Shown in pieces: positions 25,879 through 37,781 of a stretch of 64,000 bases of DNA. The stretch is from Squalus acanthias (lineage: Eukaryota). The notes below the pieces were generated by a model. The model was not told where the DNA came from and ran no database searches. It saw nothing but the letters and a program-made list of their open reading frames with translations. Positions within the stretch are counted from its first letter, which is position 1, and each line of letters starts with the position of its first letter. Both the position numbers and the translations under genes were made by a program. The stretch covers positions 64,358,001 to 64,422,000 of the forward strand of contig CM059438.1 in NCBI GenBank assembly GCA_030390025.1, written 5' to 3'.

Positions 25879-25914
25879 CACCTGACGAAGGAGCAGCAGC
25901 TCCGAAAGCTTGTG
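25879..25914 (+). ncRNA. Minimal hammerhead ribozyme motif
   Basis: cac-CTGACGA-a-ggagc-agca-gctcc-GAAA-gc-TT-gtg; palindromic aagctt. Confidence 0.7.
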
Positions 25915-27096
25915 TTTTCAAATAAAGCTGTTGGACTATAACCTGGTGTTGTGCGACTTCTCACTTTTGTCCACCCCAGTCCAACACCGGCATCTCCGCA
26001 TCATAACTTGAAACAAGATACCGAACACATTCCGTTTTAATGCGTTTGCAGTTTCGCCACAAATGGCATGCAGCAGAAGTCTCTGTAAGATGGGCAACAC
26101 AATTCAGTGGATCCTAATTACAGAAGATGTACAGAACCAGCGTTTGATGAAAGCGTTTCCTTTTTTTTGCCTTGTTTTGTTCAAAAGCTCCTTTGTATCT
26201 TTGCCTGGTTTGTTCCCAAGGCCCTGAGCTCTGCTATCTTCTTGATGACAGAGATGAGCCATTACAGTGCTCTGAAATTCACTTATTTCCGTTTGAACTC
26301 GCGTTAAAAGAATTTGCAGGAAACTTTCCTGGAGGCTGGTGCATTTTCAAAGATGGCGATCAGACCAGCTCATTACATGCTGAGGTTTACAGTTGTACCT
26401 CAGATAGATGCAGAGAAAGAGATTTGCTATCTCTTTGAAACCAAATTTAAAAAAAAATATATAAATTGTATATTAAATCGTGCCCGGAGTTCTACTTCAT
26501 CAGTCAGTAATTTTATAAAGTCTACAATTGAATTGATAAAGGCATCACTGAATGTGTGTGGGAGGCTGCTGTCATGTGTAAATGGTTCTCTGGGTAAGGT
26601 TTGACATCTAACATGAAGGTATGAATTGATTCGCTGTGTATATTTTTTTAAATATTGAATCAGCCATCCGGCAAAAAGGCATATTAGTATTCATGAGGTA
26701 CTTAAAGGCCATCTGTCATCATCGAGTAGAAAGGGAGCGTTATTATTTAACAAAAAAAGGGAAGAGTTCAGATCAGTCAAAAGGTGGTATCTGAATTCTG
26801 GCACACAGCAATGTTTGAATTCATGTCAGCAACCAGGGAACAGTTCAAAGTGTCTTCAAATAAAAATGTGTTGCTTATGACAGAATCTGAACTGGTAAAA
26901 AAAAAACCTCTCTGAGCTCTACAGGAACTTCCTGAGAGCGCAGGTGATTTTTAATTTTTTTTAATATACCTAGGTGAAGGACCGAGGTCTATTGTGCAGG
27001 AGACAGCCAAGGTTGAAAACAGTTGGAGAGAAGATGAGAAAAATCAGGAAGGAGTAGCTGGGTGAGCTCCAAGCTAAGGCTCTGTTAATAAAGGTC

Positions 27097-27765
27097 ATGA
27101 TGCGGAGATGCCGGCGTTGGACTGGGGTGGACAAAAATGAGAAGTCGCACAACATGGTACATCGGCGAGACAATGCAGACACTGAGACAACGTATGAACG
27201 GGCACCGCGCAACAATCGCCAGGCAGGATTGTCACCTCCCAGTCGGGGAACACTTCAGCAGTCAAGGACATTCAGCCTCGGATCTGCGGGTTAGCGTTCT
27301 CCAAGGCGGCCTTCGAGACACACGACAACGCAAAATCATCGAGCAGAAACTGATAGCCAAGTTCCGCACCCATGAGGACGGCCTCAATAGGGATATTGGG
27401 TTCATGTCATGCTACAGAACGTGACTCGACATCGTTGTCTGTCTTTCCAGTTTTAAAAAAAAGACACAAAAAAAACAAACCCCCAAAAAACCACAAAAAA
27501 AAACAACTGCAGACAGCAGGATTTGACACGTTGGACCCCCTGTGACACATCTCATTGTCTTGGCTGTGCTCTTGGTGTGTCTTTGATGTAAGGACACCTT
27601 CCCTGAAAGATTGTATCTCTGCAGTTTCTGTGTTTATATACTGTGAAATATTGTAGATTCACTCATTGTAACTTTACCTGAGGAAGGGGCGACAGCTCCG
27701 AAAGCTTGTAATTTTAAATAAATCTGTTGGACTATAACCTGGTGTTGTGCGACTTCTCATTTCTG
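27097..27765 (+). mobile_element. 5'-truncated Penelope-like retroelement: inverted partial terminal repeat, GIY-YIG endonuclease C-terminus, direct terminal repeat
   Basis: ORF 27137-27424 YIGETMQTLRQRMNGHR...VGEHFS..GH...EQKLIAKF...GLNRD; flanked by tctgttaataaaggtca (27081-27097) / tctgttaataaatgtca (27762-27778). Confidence 0.9.
27674..27711 (+). ncRNA. Minimal hammerhead ribozyme motif in the Penelope terminal repeat
   Basis: ttac-CTGAGGA-a-ggggc-gaca-gctcc-GAAA-gc-TT-gtaa. Confidence 0.7.
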
Positions 27766-27795
27766 TTAATAAATGTCACATGTCTCTCACTCCAG

Positions 27796-28404
27796 AACCT
27801 GGATTTTCCTTTTCCGACCCAGGATGACCAGGGCGGGACCCTTGCCCATTTTCCTGGGCCGGGGCTGTTTATGTCTGCAGGGCGGGCTCTTGGCAGGATC
27901 CCTGCCAACTAGTGGGGACCCACCACTGTGAACTGGGAGAACTCGGGAGCTGCTGTTGCCCATGAAGCATCCAGAGAGGTGGAGCCCAGCTTAAAGGGGG
28001 CACGGGGCCCTGAAAATCGGAGGGCAGCTGCAGTGTTAGGCCTCCGTCTGAGCCGCGGCCGTGGCTTCGGGGCTTGGGTGAGGTAAGGGCTTGGGGCCTG
28101 AGGGCAGAAGACGCGCCCACTGCTGTGGTTCTCCCCCTCCAAAAGGGGCAACAGCAGGCCTTCTGATGCTACCCCAGCGACTCCTGCTACCCTCTTCTCA
28201 GCAGTGGCAGCACGGGCAGAGGGCAACTAATGGAACAACTTGCTAGGACCTAGCTCCCCGTTGTCATTTACATGTCGCAGGTGGGAAAAGACTTGCTATT
28301 CCCTCAGGGGCAGGGGAAGTAAAATGAAGCTTAGTCGGGGAAGGGAGGTGGCAGTAGACCTCAGCGCCTCATTTTCCCAACGCTATCAGAGGAAAATCCA
28401 GGTC
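27796..28404. mobile_element. Harbinger-type MITE
   Basis: TIRs aacctggattttcct / aggaaaatccaggtc; 3-bp TSD cag. Confidence 0.75.
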
Positions 28405-28524
28405 CAGATCTCAACTGACTCACTAAACTTCTTAATCTTGCTTTCCTTTCTTTACAGACTCCTGTTTGTACTTCATCTCCCATATATGTTTCCATTCAAC
28501 TGGTCTCCCACTTTTACTAATCAC

Positions 28525-28640
28525 TACATTACAACAGCGACTGCACATCAAAAAAAAACTTCATTGGCTGCAAAGCACTTTAGGACATCCGGTGCTCATG
28601 AAAGGTGTTATATAAATGCAAGTCTTTCTTTCATTCTTTA
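28525..28640 (+). mobile_element. Deu-SINE 3' tail fragment
   Basis: acattacaacagcgactgcac...cattggctgcaaagcac...aatgcaagtctttctttc matches 5272-5372. Confidence 0.75.
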
Positions 28641-29693
28641 GATCAATTTGGATGAGGAACACCATTTAGCCCACCCAGAAATAACCTACTGTTTCTCCCC
28701 CACGCCCCCAACTGCACCTAATTCCACTGTATTGGCCTTCCTTAACTGACCTGGAAGTCCAGTCCATGTGCTGATCACTTTTTGTGTGAAGCAGAACTTC
28801 CTGACGTATCCTGAGCGTGACTTTTGTGACTTTAGACCTGAGCCCATTGTTCTCCTGCCCTGGTGTACCTTGAAGAGTTTAATGTTGGAATTACTGCTCC
28901 GTACCTTTCATTGATTTTAGTTGCTAGCAATCTAGTGACCTGTTATCTATCAATCCTGTGAGCTAAATTGTGCTTTCTGTGATCTAAAGATGAATGCTCC
29001 AAATCGTGCTTGCAACAGCAATACATTTGACAAGGTTCAAAGTTACGATCTTCACCTGAAAGACAATTGAACCTTTGTAACTCTTCAAAAATATTGCTTT
29101 TGTCAAGATCAAACTTACTTCATTCTGTTGAAGAATGCAGTTTTTATTCATTATCTTCATCCATGTATCACATCCGCTGCACAGTTACATCGCTCAGATT
29201 TCAGTAAGTAAAAACATAGCAAACGTTTCAACCTCAATTTCTTTTTAAATTAGAAGCACATCCTAGTTATAATGGCCTCCTCCATATCTTAGTCTTGGTA
29301 TTGTTCACTCCGGATGCGGTGACAATTTACCATTACTTTTCTGATTCTCAGACACTGAACCATAACAAGTGTTTAATGCTTTTCTTTACTTTCTTCTTTT
29401 TTGACTAATTCTTCCTCCTCTTCTCTCCTCTTCTGAACACGTTGATTTCTACCCTAGGTTCCAGTTTCTGGGAGTTGAATGCCTTCCAACGTTGCTCTGT
29501 TCTGGACCATCACAGTCTGAAAATGATGTTCAGTTTGATATTAGAATATGAGATGCCAAGAAGCCATCGGTCAAATGTGGCATTGCATTATTTCCAAGAG
29601 GAAGCTGAAGCCATGTTTGACCCATAGCCTCGACCAGGCTAACCTCCCCTCATGAAACTATTTGATTCTGGTGGTTTCAAGATGTTACACGAT

Positions 29694-30376
29694 AGTCTGT
29701 ATTTTCCAATCGGAGGCTTCCTGCGTGCGGAGGCCTCCGATCTGGAAAAAATCTACGCCTTTACCTGAGGGCTCCGGAGGTCCGGACATTCCGCTCCTGG
29801 GCCTCTCCACCATGAAATGCGCAGGGCCCAGGTATCCCAGGGGCGCAGGCGGTCCGCAAGCATCCCTGGGATCACGTGGGCCATGGGGAACCAATGAAAG
29901 AAGGGAATCTCCCTTCATACTTTTGACAGCTTAGACCCGTCAAAAGTATGACTCCAAAAACACATTAGAACATTCAATAATTTTTTTTAAATCACGTTTT
30001 TAAAATTAGTTAAAATTACATTAAATTAAATATTTTAAACAAAAATTTAATTTTTGGAAAAATAAATTCAAGTTTTTTACAGGGCTAAAAATAAACTTAC
30101 CTTTTTTAAAAGTATTTTAAAATTATAAATGAGTGAAATTTTTTTGTTTAACTTTTTTTAAACTCTTATGCTGGTAAAAGCAGGCCTTACGCCTGCTTTT
30201 ACCAGGCATAAGATTTTTAAAGGTTTTCAGCGGGCGGAGGTTCTGCAGAAAGCGGAACTCTCCACCCGCAGAGGCCCTTCTCCAGGGTAGGCGTGCGATC
30301 TGTGCCAGCACTTGTGAGGTCCCTACGGGTGCGTACACAGCTCGTACACACTCGCAGGCATCGGAAAATACGGGCC
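29694..30376. mobile_element. Harbinger-type MITE with an AT-rich centre
   Basis: TIRs agtctgtattttccaat / atcggaaaatacgggcc; TSD gat / aat (one mismatch); CpG-rich arms. Confidence 0.7.
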
Positions 30377-30556
30377 AATATGTTTTTAACCTTCTCCTTC
30401 CATTTTTTTGCAGATTAAATGGCACATTCCACTTGCGACATAGAAATGATGCCCATCCCATTTATCCTGCAGTCACTGTAAACTAAACGCAGCAGCTTTA
30501 TGAAATGGGCGGTGCTTTGCACACCTGGAATTATTGTGGATTTTAGAATAATGTTT

Positions 30557-30750
30557 ATCGTAGAATCATACAGCACAGAACAGAGGCCATTCGGCCCATC
30601 GTGCCTGTGCTGCCTCTGTGTAAGAGCTCTCCAATTAGTCCCACTCCCCTGCTCTGTCCCCAGCAAATTTTTCCTTTTCAAGTATTTATCCAATCATCCT
30701 TTTGAAAGTTACTATTTAATCTGCTTCCACCACCCGTTCAGGCAGTGCTT
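30557..30750 (-). mobile_element. CR1 3' end fragment
   Basis: atcgtagaatcatacagcacagaa...ggccattcggccc; ORF 30415-30693 starts with DKYLKRKNL. Confidence 0.75.
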
Positions 30751-31109
30751 TCGAGGTTAACGTATATAATCATAAAACATTTATGCGAAATTCCTTGTCA
30801 GGTTTTGTCGTAGAATGTTAAACGGTTTATTTGAAATGGTTCGGCAGATCCATTGAGAAAGTGGACAAAGGCGTTTCATACAAAGCCCTGTTAAGTACGC
30901 TTAAGCTAAGATACCACAATGTGATTTCACCCCCTCTTTTTTCAAATTTTCTGTAAAAAAGCTGCTTCAGGATATTTCAGACTGGTATCCTGGGCATTCA
31001 ACAACAACAATCTGCTTCACCTGTCAAATTGACAGGAATCACTCTTGATAATAAAGGTGTAGAATCACTGGGGGTAATTTTGACTTTGTGCTACCAAATC
31101 AGCAGCCCT

Positions 31110-32158
31110 GGAGTGTGGGTTCCACAAGCATTGACTCTCACTTGGGTACAGGTTCCACGGGAACTGACTCTCACTGAGATACAGGCTCCAGGGGACACTG
31201 ACACTCACTGAGATACAGGTTCCAGGGGAACTGACACTCACTGAGATACAGATTCCAGGGGAACTGACTCTCACTGAGATACAGGTTCCAGGGCCACTGA
31301 CACTCACTGAGATACAGGTTCCAGGGGAACTGACACTCACTGAGATACAGGTTCCAGGGGAACTGACTCTCACTGAGATACAGGTTCCAGGGGCACTGAC
31401 TCTCACTGGGATACAGGTTCCAGGGGAACTGACTCTCACTGAGATACAGGTTCCAGGGGCACTGACTCTCACTGGGATACAGGTTCCAGGGGAACTGACT
31501 CTCACTGAGATACAGGTTCCAGGGGCACTGACATTCACTGAGATACAGGCTCCAGGGGCACTGACTCTCACTGAGATACAGGTTCCAGGGCCACTGACAC
31601 TCACTGAGATACAGGCTCCAGGGGCACTGACTCTCACTGGGATACAGGCTCCAGGGGCACTGACTCTCACTGGGATAGAGCTTCCAGGGGAACTGACTCT
31701 CACTGGGATACAGGTTCCAGGGGCACTGACTCTCACTGGGATACAGGTTCCAGGGGCACTGACTCTCACTGGGATACAGGCTCCAGGTGCACTGACTCTC
31801 ACTGGGATACAGGCTCCAGGGGCACTGACTCTCACTGGGATACAGGTTCCAGGGGCACTGACTCTCACTGGGATACAGGTTCCAGGGGCACTGACTCTCA
31901 CTGGGGTACAGGCTCCAGGGGCACTGACTCTCACTGGGATACAGGCTCCAGGGGCACTGACTCTCACTGGGATACAGGTTCCAGGGGCACTGACTCTCAC
32001 TGGGGTACAGGTTCCAGGGGCACTGACTCTCACTGGGATACAGGCTCCAGGGGCACTGACTCTCACTGGGATACAGGTTCCAGGGGAACTGACTCTCACT
32101 GGGGTACAGGCTCCAGGGCCACTGACTCTCACTGGGGTACAGGTTCCACAGAAACTGA
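31110..32158. repeat. 33-bp minisatellite, left array (about 32 units)
   Basis: Consensus ctgactctcactgggatacaggttccaggggca; 11-aa periodicity in ORF 31065-32132. Confidence 0.95.
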
Positions 32159-32443
32159 GGCCGCGATTTTACTGATGGAGGCGGATTGGGTGCGTGTCAG
32201 GTGGTTGGCGGGTCCCGCTCCTGCCTCTGCTGTCAGGCGGGATAAATTTGCGATTTTGCCCTAATTGGGCAATTGATTCCCTGCGTGTACGCTCCCCTGG
32301 CCCAATTAGTCTTTTGGGTCTGAAACTCGCCTCTGCTGATGTCATTTATCTAGCTGCTTTTAAGAGCTCCAAGCAGCCTTGGTTCATTTTCTACCTCTGT
32401 ACTTCCAGAGTGACTACTTTGCTAATTGTTTGATACTCCTGAA

Positions 32444-35400
32444 ATGTCTAGCTCAAGGCCCAAGGCCTCACCTCGCTTCGATGATGACTCACTCCATGCT
32501 CTGGTGGAGGGAGCCAGAGCTCAAAAGGAGGTGCTCTTTCCTTCCTCTGGGAGGAAAATATCTCCCCAGCAGACCAAAGCTGTGTGGCTGCACCTGGCTC
32601 AGGAGGTGAGCTCCAGATCAATGTGCAGCAGAACCAGGCTGCAGTGCCGAAAGAGGTTTAATGACCTTGTCCGCACAGGAAAAGTGAGTATACCATCACC
32701 TTTACCTTCGATCTGCTCCCCATCGCCTCTCAGCATCAGCACTCTGCATTGTCAACCTACTCCTACACATCCCACTTTACCCTTACATCCATTGCACCCT
32801 TAACCATTCCCTCTCTCTCTTTGTACACAATCACTTCACTATTCGACTATGCTGCCCTCACACTCCCTATCACTGTGATGCAATGACAACAACTAACAAC
32901 ACACAGGGAGGGCCCTTGGTATTGGGACCTCACTCCATCTTTGTCTCCTTCAAAGCATCTATGCTATGGATTCTCTACACTCACTCCATCATTCTCACTC
33001 AAACTCCACTTGTGTCCCTCGTTGCAGGAAAAGAGAGCCCACAATAAGTGGGAAAGGGCGAAGGCAGGAGAGGGCCACCCTCAGTAGCCCAGCTCACCAG
33101 CGCTGAGGAGGCGGCCCTAGAGATCGTTGGAGCCGAGGAGGATTTGGAAGCGGGGGACGGACAGACAGGCGCATCAGAGCAAGCTGGTGACAGAATAGTT
33201 TTGTATCTCTCTCATTTACATTGCATGAGTGACTGATATGGCTTCTGATGCTCATACAGATTGACTTATGATCATCCGCACAAGTCCATGTGCACGCTAC
33301 GTTAATATCACATGTCTAACTCCCCAACAGGACCATCGACAGCCCTCCTCCCCACTGTCCAGGAGGAAGAGCCGGAGGCACAAGACTCCTCAGAGGAACC
33401 TGCAACCTCTGAGGGCGCAGCGTCAGCAGAATTAAGCGCACCCAGCACCAGCGCAGAAACGCACACCTCGGTGGGACCTTTGGGAGATAGAGTAGTGTTG
33501 TCATCTGTGGTATCACAGCTCACAAGTGAGCATCAGCAGATGGTGGAGACAGGGACAGCAGTGGAGAGTCCTCGTCGGAGGCCACAGGGCGCTCCCAGCT
33601 CTGCTCAGCTGCATGTGGACCCTGTGCCTCCGAGTCCATCCAGAAAGAGCGCGGTGCTGGAACTCCAGGAACAAGTGCAGGAGTCTCTGGCAGGTTTTGT
33701 CTCCAGGGTTACTGTGAGTGTGGAGAGGATGGAGGAGTCCAACTCTAACATGAGCAGTACCTTTGTGGAGTCAATGGCGCATGAACACACCACCACGGAA
33801 AGGATGGCAACCTCCGTGGAAAGGCTGGCTACAGCCATGGAGGAAATAAGTCGTCAGAGTCAGGAAAACATGGTGAATGTTCAGAATAGACTGACATCTC
33901 TGGAAGAGCGATGGGCAGCTATTGAGCAGAGAAACCAGAGCTTCATGGAAGTCATTTTGAGTAGGACTGCCAGTGCAGAAATGGGTCCTCATGGCCCCGC
34001 TGATGTGCAGCAAGGTGCTGTCAAGCCACTTGCTAGCACTGAAGTGGGGCTGACCCATGAGAGGGATGTTGGTGGCAGGCAATAAGAAAGTGGGGGCTCC
34101 TCTCCAAGCACTCACACTCTCATGCAACTGCGTAGCCCTCGGTCAGAGCCCCACCAGAGTCCTCACTCAACTGAGATGGGCATCTCAGCCCCTGCACAGA
34201 CGCAGGAGGAGCAGACTGTTGCCGAGCCCTCAAAGGCTCGCAAACCCAGAGGACGGCCGCCAAAGGTGTCATAGAGTCATAGAGTTATACAGCACAGAAA
34301 GAGGCCCTTCGGCCCATCGTGTCTGCGCCAGCCATAAATCCCTACCTATTCTAATCCCATTTTCCAGCACTTGGTCCATAGCCTTGTATGCTATGGCGTT
34401 TCAAGTGCTCATCTAAATGCTTCTTGAATGTTGTGAGGGTTCCTGCCTCTACCACCCTTTCAGGCAGTGAGTTCCAGATTCCAACCACCCTCTGGGTTAA
34501 AAAGTTTTTCCTCAAATCCCCTCTAAACCTCCTGCCCCTTACCTTGAAACTATGCCCCCTGGTTATTGACCCCTCTACTAAGGGGAAAAGTTCCTTTCTG
34601 TCTACCCTATCTATGCCCCTCATAATTTTGTACACCTCAATCAGGTTCCCCCTCAGCCTTCTCTGCTCCAAGGAAAACAACCCCAGCCTGTCCAGTCTCT
34701 CTTCATAGCTGAAGCGCTCCAGCCCAGGTAACATCCTGGTGAATCTCCTCTGCACCCTCTCCAATGCAATCACATCTCTCCTATAGTGTGGCGACCAGAA
34801 CTGCACACAGTATTCCAGCTGTGGCCTAACTAGCGTTTCGTACAGTTCCATCATAACCTCCCTGCTCTTATATTCTGTGCCTCGGCTAATGAAGGCAAGT
34901 ATCTCATATGACTTTTTAACCACCTTATCTACCTGTCCTGCTGCCTTCAGGGATCTATGTACATGCACACCAAGGTCCCTCTGATCCTCTGTCCTCCCTA
35001 GGATCCTACCAATCATTATGTATTCCCTTGCCTTGTTAGTCCTCCCAAAATGCATCACCTCACACTTTTCAGGGTTAAATTCCATTTGCCACTGTTCTGC
35101 CCATCTGACCAACCCGTCTATATCGTCCTGTAGCCTGAGGCTTCCCTCCTCGCTATTTACCACTCCACCAATTTTCGTGTCATCTGCGAACTTACTGATC
35201 ATACCTCCTACATTCATATCTAAATCATTAATGTACACTACAAACAGCAAAGGACCCAGCACCGATCCCTGCGGTACACCACTGGACACAGGCTTCCAGT
35301 CACAAAAACAACCTTCGACCATCACCCTCTGCCTCCTGCCACTAAGCCAATTTTGGATCCAATGTGCCAAATTGCCCTGGATCCCATGGGCTCTTACCTT

Positions 35401-35800
35401 CTTGACCAGTCTCCCATGCAGGACTTTGTCAAAAGCCTTACTGAAGTCCATGTAGACTACATCAACTGCACAACCCTCATCCACACACCTAGTCACCCCT
35501 TCAAAAAATTCAATCAAATTGGTTAGACATGATCTCCTCCTGACAAAGCCATGCTGACTATCCTTGATTAATCCCTGCCTCTCCAAGTGGAGACTAATTC
35601 TGTCCCTCAGAATTTTTTCCAATAATTTCCCTACCACTGATGTTAGGCTCACTGGCCTGTAATTCCCTGGTTTATCCCAACTACCCTTCTTGTCGAAGCA
35701 GGAGCAGCATGACAGTGAGCAAGGTGCCTCCACATCTGCTGAAGCCACAAGGGAGGCACCACGTAGAAGCACATATAAGAGGAAGGTAAAGCACAATTAG
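32444..35800 (+). pseudogene. Harbinger 2 Myb/SANT-like gene (exons about 32444-32683, 33028-33186, 33330 onward), frameshifted and CR1-interrupted
   Basis: MSSSRPKASPRFDDDSLHALVEG...WLHLAQEVSS...QCRKRFNDLVRTGK then gtgag; acceptor gttgcag at 33027; exon 3 in ORF 33312-34085; 3' tail resumes at 35693. Confidence 0.8.
34270..35692 (-). mobile_element. 5'-truncated CR1 LINE with an uninterrupted RT reading frame
   Basis: ORF 34351-35796 from KKGSWDKPGNYRPVSL through YMDFSKAFD, GVPQGSVLGP and FADD to the C-terminus; catagagt tail. Confidence 0.95.
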
Positions 35801-36075
35801 TCACAAGGGTAGTCACTTGGGTGTTCAGTTCTGTTGTCTTTTGTTTTCTTTAATATTTGACATTGTCATCCTTTTGTGAATGGATTAAACAGAAGTGATG
35901 GCAAACAGTTGAAGTTCTGGCCTATGTGATCTGGGAAATGGAAGTTCCACATTAAGGGCTCAGGGCGACTTGCATTTGTAATGATGGTGGTGAGAGTGAT
36001 AGGAACCCACAGGTTCTTGTACATTGTGTATGGTGTGTTAAGAAGGTGCCACCCACATTTGTTTGATTCGTCTGC

Positions 36076-37307
36076 TTAAGCAAATCTGGCAAAGATTAGT
36101 GCATCCCTTGCATCCCGGGCAGCAATGTACTCGCGTGCTGCTGGAACTGGCGCATCTGACTCCGCAAGGTCTTCCTCCTCCTCCTCCTCCTCATCCTCCT
36201 CCTCATCTAAGGAGGCTATGTGCTGAGCCATTTGTTCCTCAGGCAGCTGCAAGCCATGATGCTGTGCGATGTTGTGCAGTGCACAGCAGACCATGACCAT
36301 TCTGGAGACCCTGGCTGCTGAATACTGTAGGGCTCCACCTGATCTATCAAGGCATCTGAATCGCATCTTCAGCAAGCCGATGGTTCGCTTGATAATGGAT
36401 CTGGTGGAAATGTGGCTGGAGTTGTAGCGCTCCTCAGCTTCGTTCGATGGCCTCCTCAGCGGCGTCATCAACTACGTCTTCAGGGGATAGCCCTTGTCTC
36501 AAAGTAGCTACCCGGAAAGTTGTGTTGGCGGATTGAAGAGCGGAGGCACACTAGACTGGTGCAGGATGAACGAGTCATGACAACTGCCAGGGTACTTCGC
36601 GCAAACATGCAAAATGTCCTTCCTGTGGTTACACTCCAGCTGGATGTAAAAGCAGTGGAAGCCCATGCGGTTGACAAAAACAGTTAGGTTGTGATGGGGT
36701 GCCCTAAGGGCCACATGTGTGCAGTTTACGATGCCCTGAACCCTTGGCAAGCCTGCCATATTTGCAAAGCCAACCGCAGGCGCGGTTACACTTGCTTGAT
36801 CCGTGGAGAAATGGATTTAATTGTGCGCGATGGCAAAGAGGGCATCGGTTACCTGCATGATGCAAGTGTGTGCGGCCGACTGGGAGATGCCGCTGATGTC
36901 TACTGATGATCCCTGGAAGGACCCTGAAGCAAAATAATTGAGGGCGGTGGTGACTTTGACAGCCACTGGTAAGGAGTTTCCACCCACTCCTCTGGGTTCC
37001 AGGTGTTGGTGCAGCATTGCGCAGATGTCACCCACTACCTCTCGCGAAAGTCGCAGTCTCCTTTGGCACTGCTGCTCAGTCATGTTGAGGAAGGTGATCC
37101 TCGGCCTGTAAACCCTGTGTTGGGGGTATCTCCTGCGGCGCGGTGCAGCCCTGCACTGATGCCTTCTGCCCTGTGCAGCATCAGGTGGCTGAGCAGGAGG
37201 TTGGCGCTCCTGCTGTTGGTACTGCTGTTGTTCCTGGTTCTGCTGCTGCTGTGCTGCTTGTCCTCCGAATCTGAGGACCAGGATAAAAGGAAATAAATGG
37301 TTCCCAT
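36076..37307 (-). pseudogene. Harbinger 2 transposase, multiply disrupted
   Basis: Fragments [71 protein letters not shown]. Confidence 0.9.
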
Positions 37308-37781
37308 GCTGCTGGTAGATATCTCAGTTGAGGAAGTGCTCAGTCAATGCGGGAAGAGGGTTTCTCCAGGAGGTCACAGTGGAGCTGGATCTCAGCCTCA
37401 GCACTTCCAAGATCAGTAGACCTGCAAAAAGTTTTCCAAGGCCTGAAAAAACAAAGTTCTGCCACCTACAACTAATCCGTTTTTATGCTGGAGCTACAGC
37501 TCTCAGGAAGCCAGCCACTTGTCAACCTGCCACAATCAGCTGGTGTGGTTTGGGAACGACGTGGAACATGCTGAAAATGTGGTAAAATTTAAAAGAGAGG
37601 GCAAAATAGGATTACACAGGCAGTTGGTGGCGGGACCGAACGGGAGTCTGCAAGCCCGCCTTTGGGAAAAGTTGCACAGAGGTGGGTTGACGGCGGGATA
37701 GGAACCCGCCACCATTTTTAGCCATTTTACCACCTGACCCCCCTCCAAATCCGCCTCCTCAGGGCTGGTAAAGTCGAGCCC

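Larger units (their letters stand above)
25779..26004. mobile_element. Penelope-like inverted terminal-repeat hairpin element
   Basis: About 91-bp inverted arms (25779-25869 / 25879-25970) plus a 3' extension; flanked by aacttgtaacaa (25771-25782) / aacttgaaacaa (26005-26016); the same repeat flanks the GIY-YIG fragment at 27097-27765. Confidence 0.85.
32159..37781. mobile_element. PIF/Harbinger transposon 2 (complete ends, decayed genes)
   Basis: TIRs ggccgcgattttac / gtaaagtcgagccc with shared subterminal ggaggcggatt and gtcaggtggt; TSD tga (32156-32158 / 37782-37784). Confidence 0.9.

Noticed and set aside
26172..26438. Possible exon after a polypyrimidine tract (acceptor at 26187)
   Set aside because: Weak donor (gtttac), unrecognisable peptide, no partner exons.
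34351..35796. Novel 481-aa RT fusion protein
   Set aside because: The N-terminal about 35 aa is antisense Harbinger sequence fortuitously in frame with a 5'-truncated CR1.
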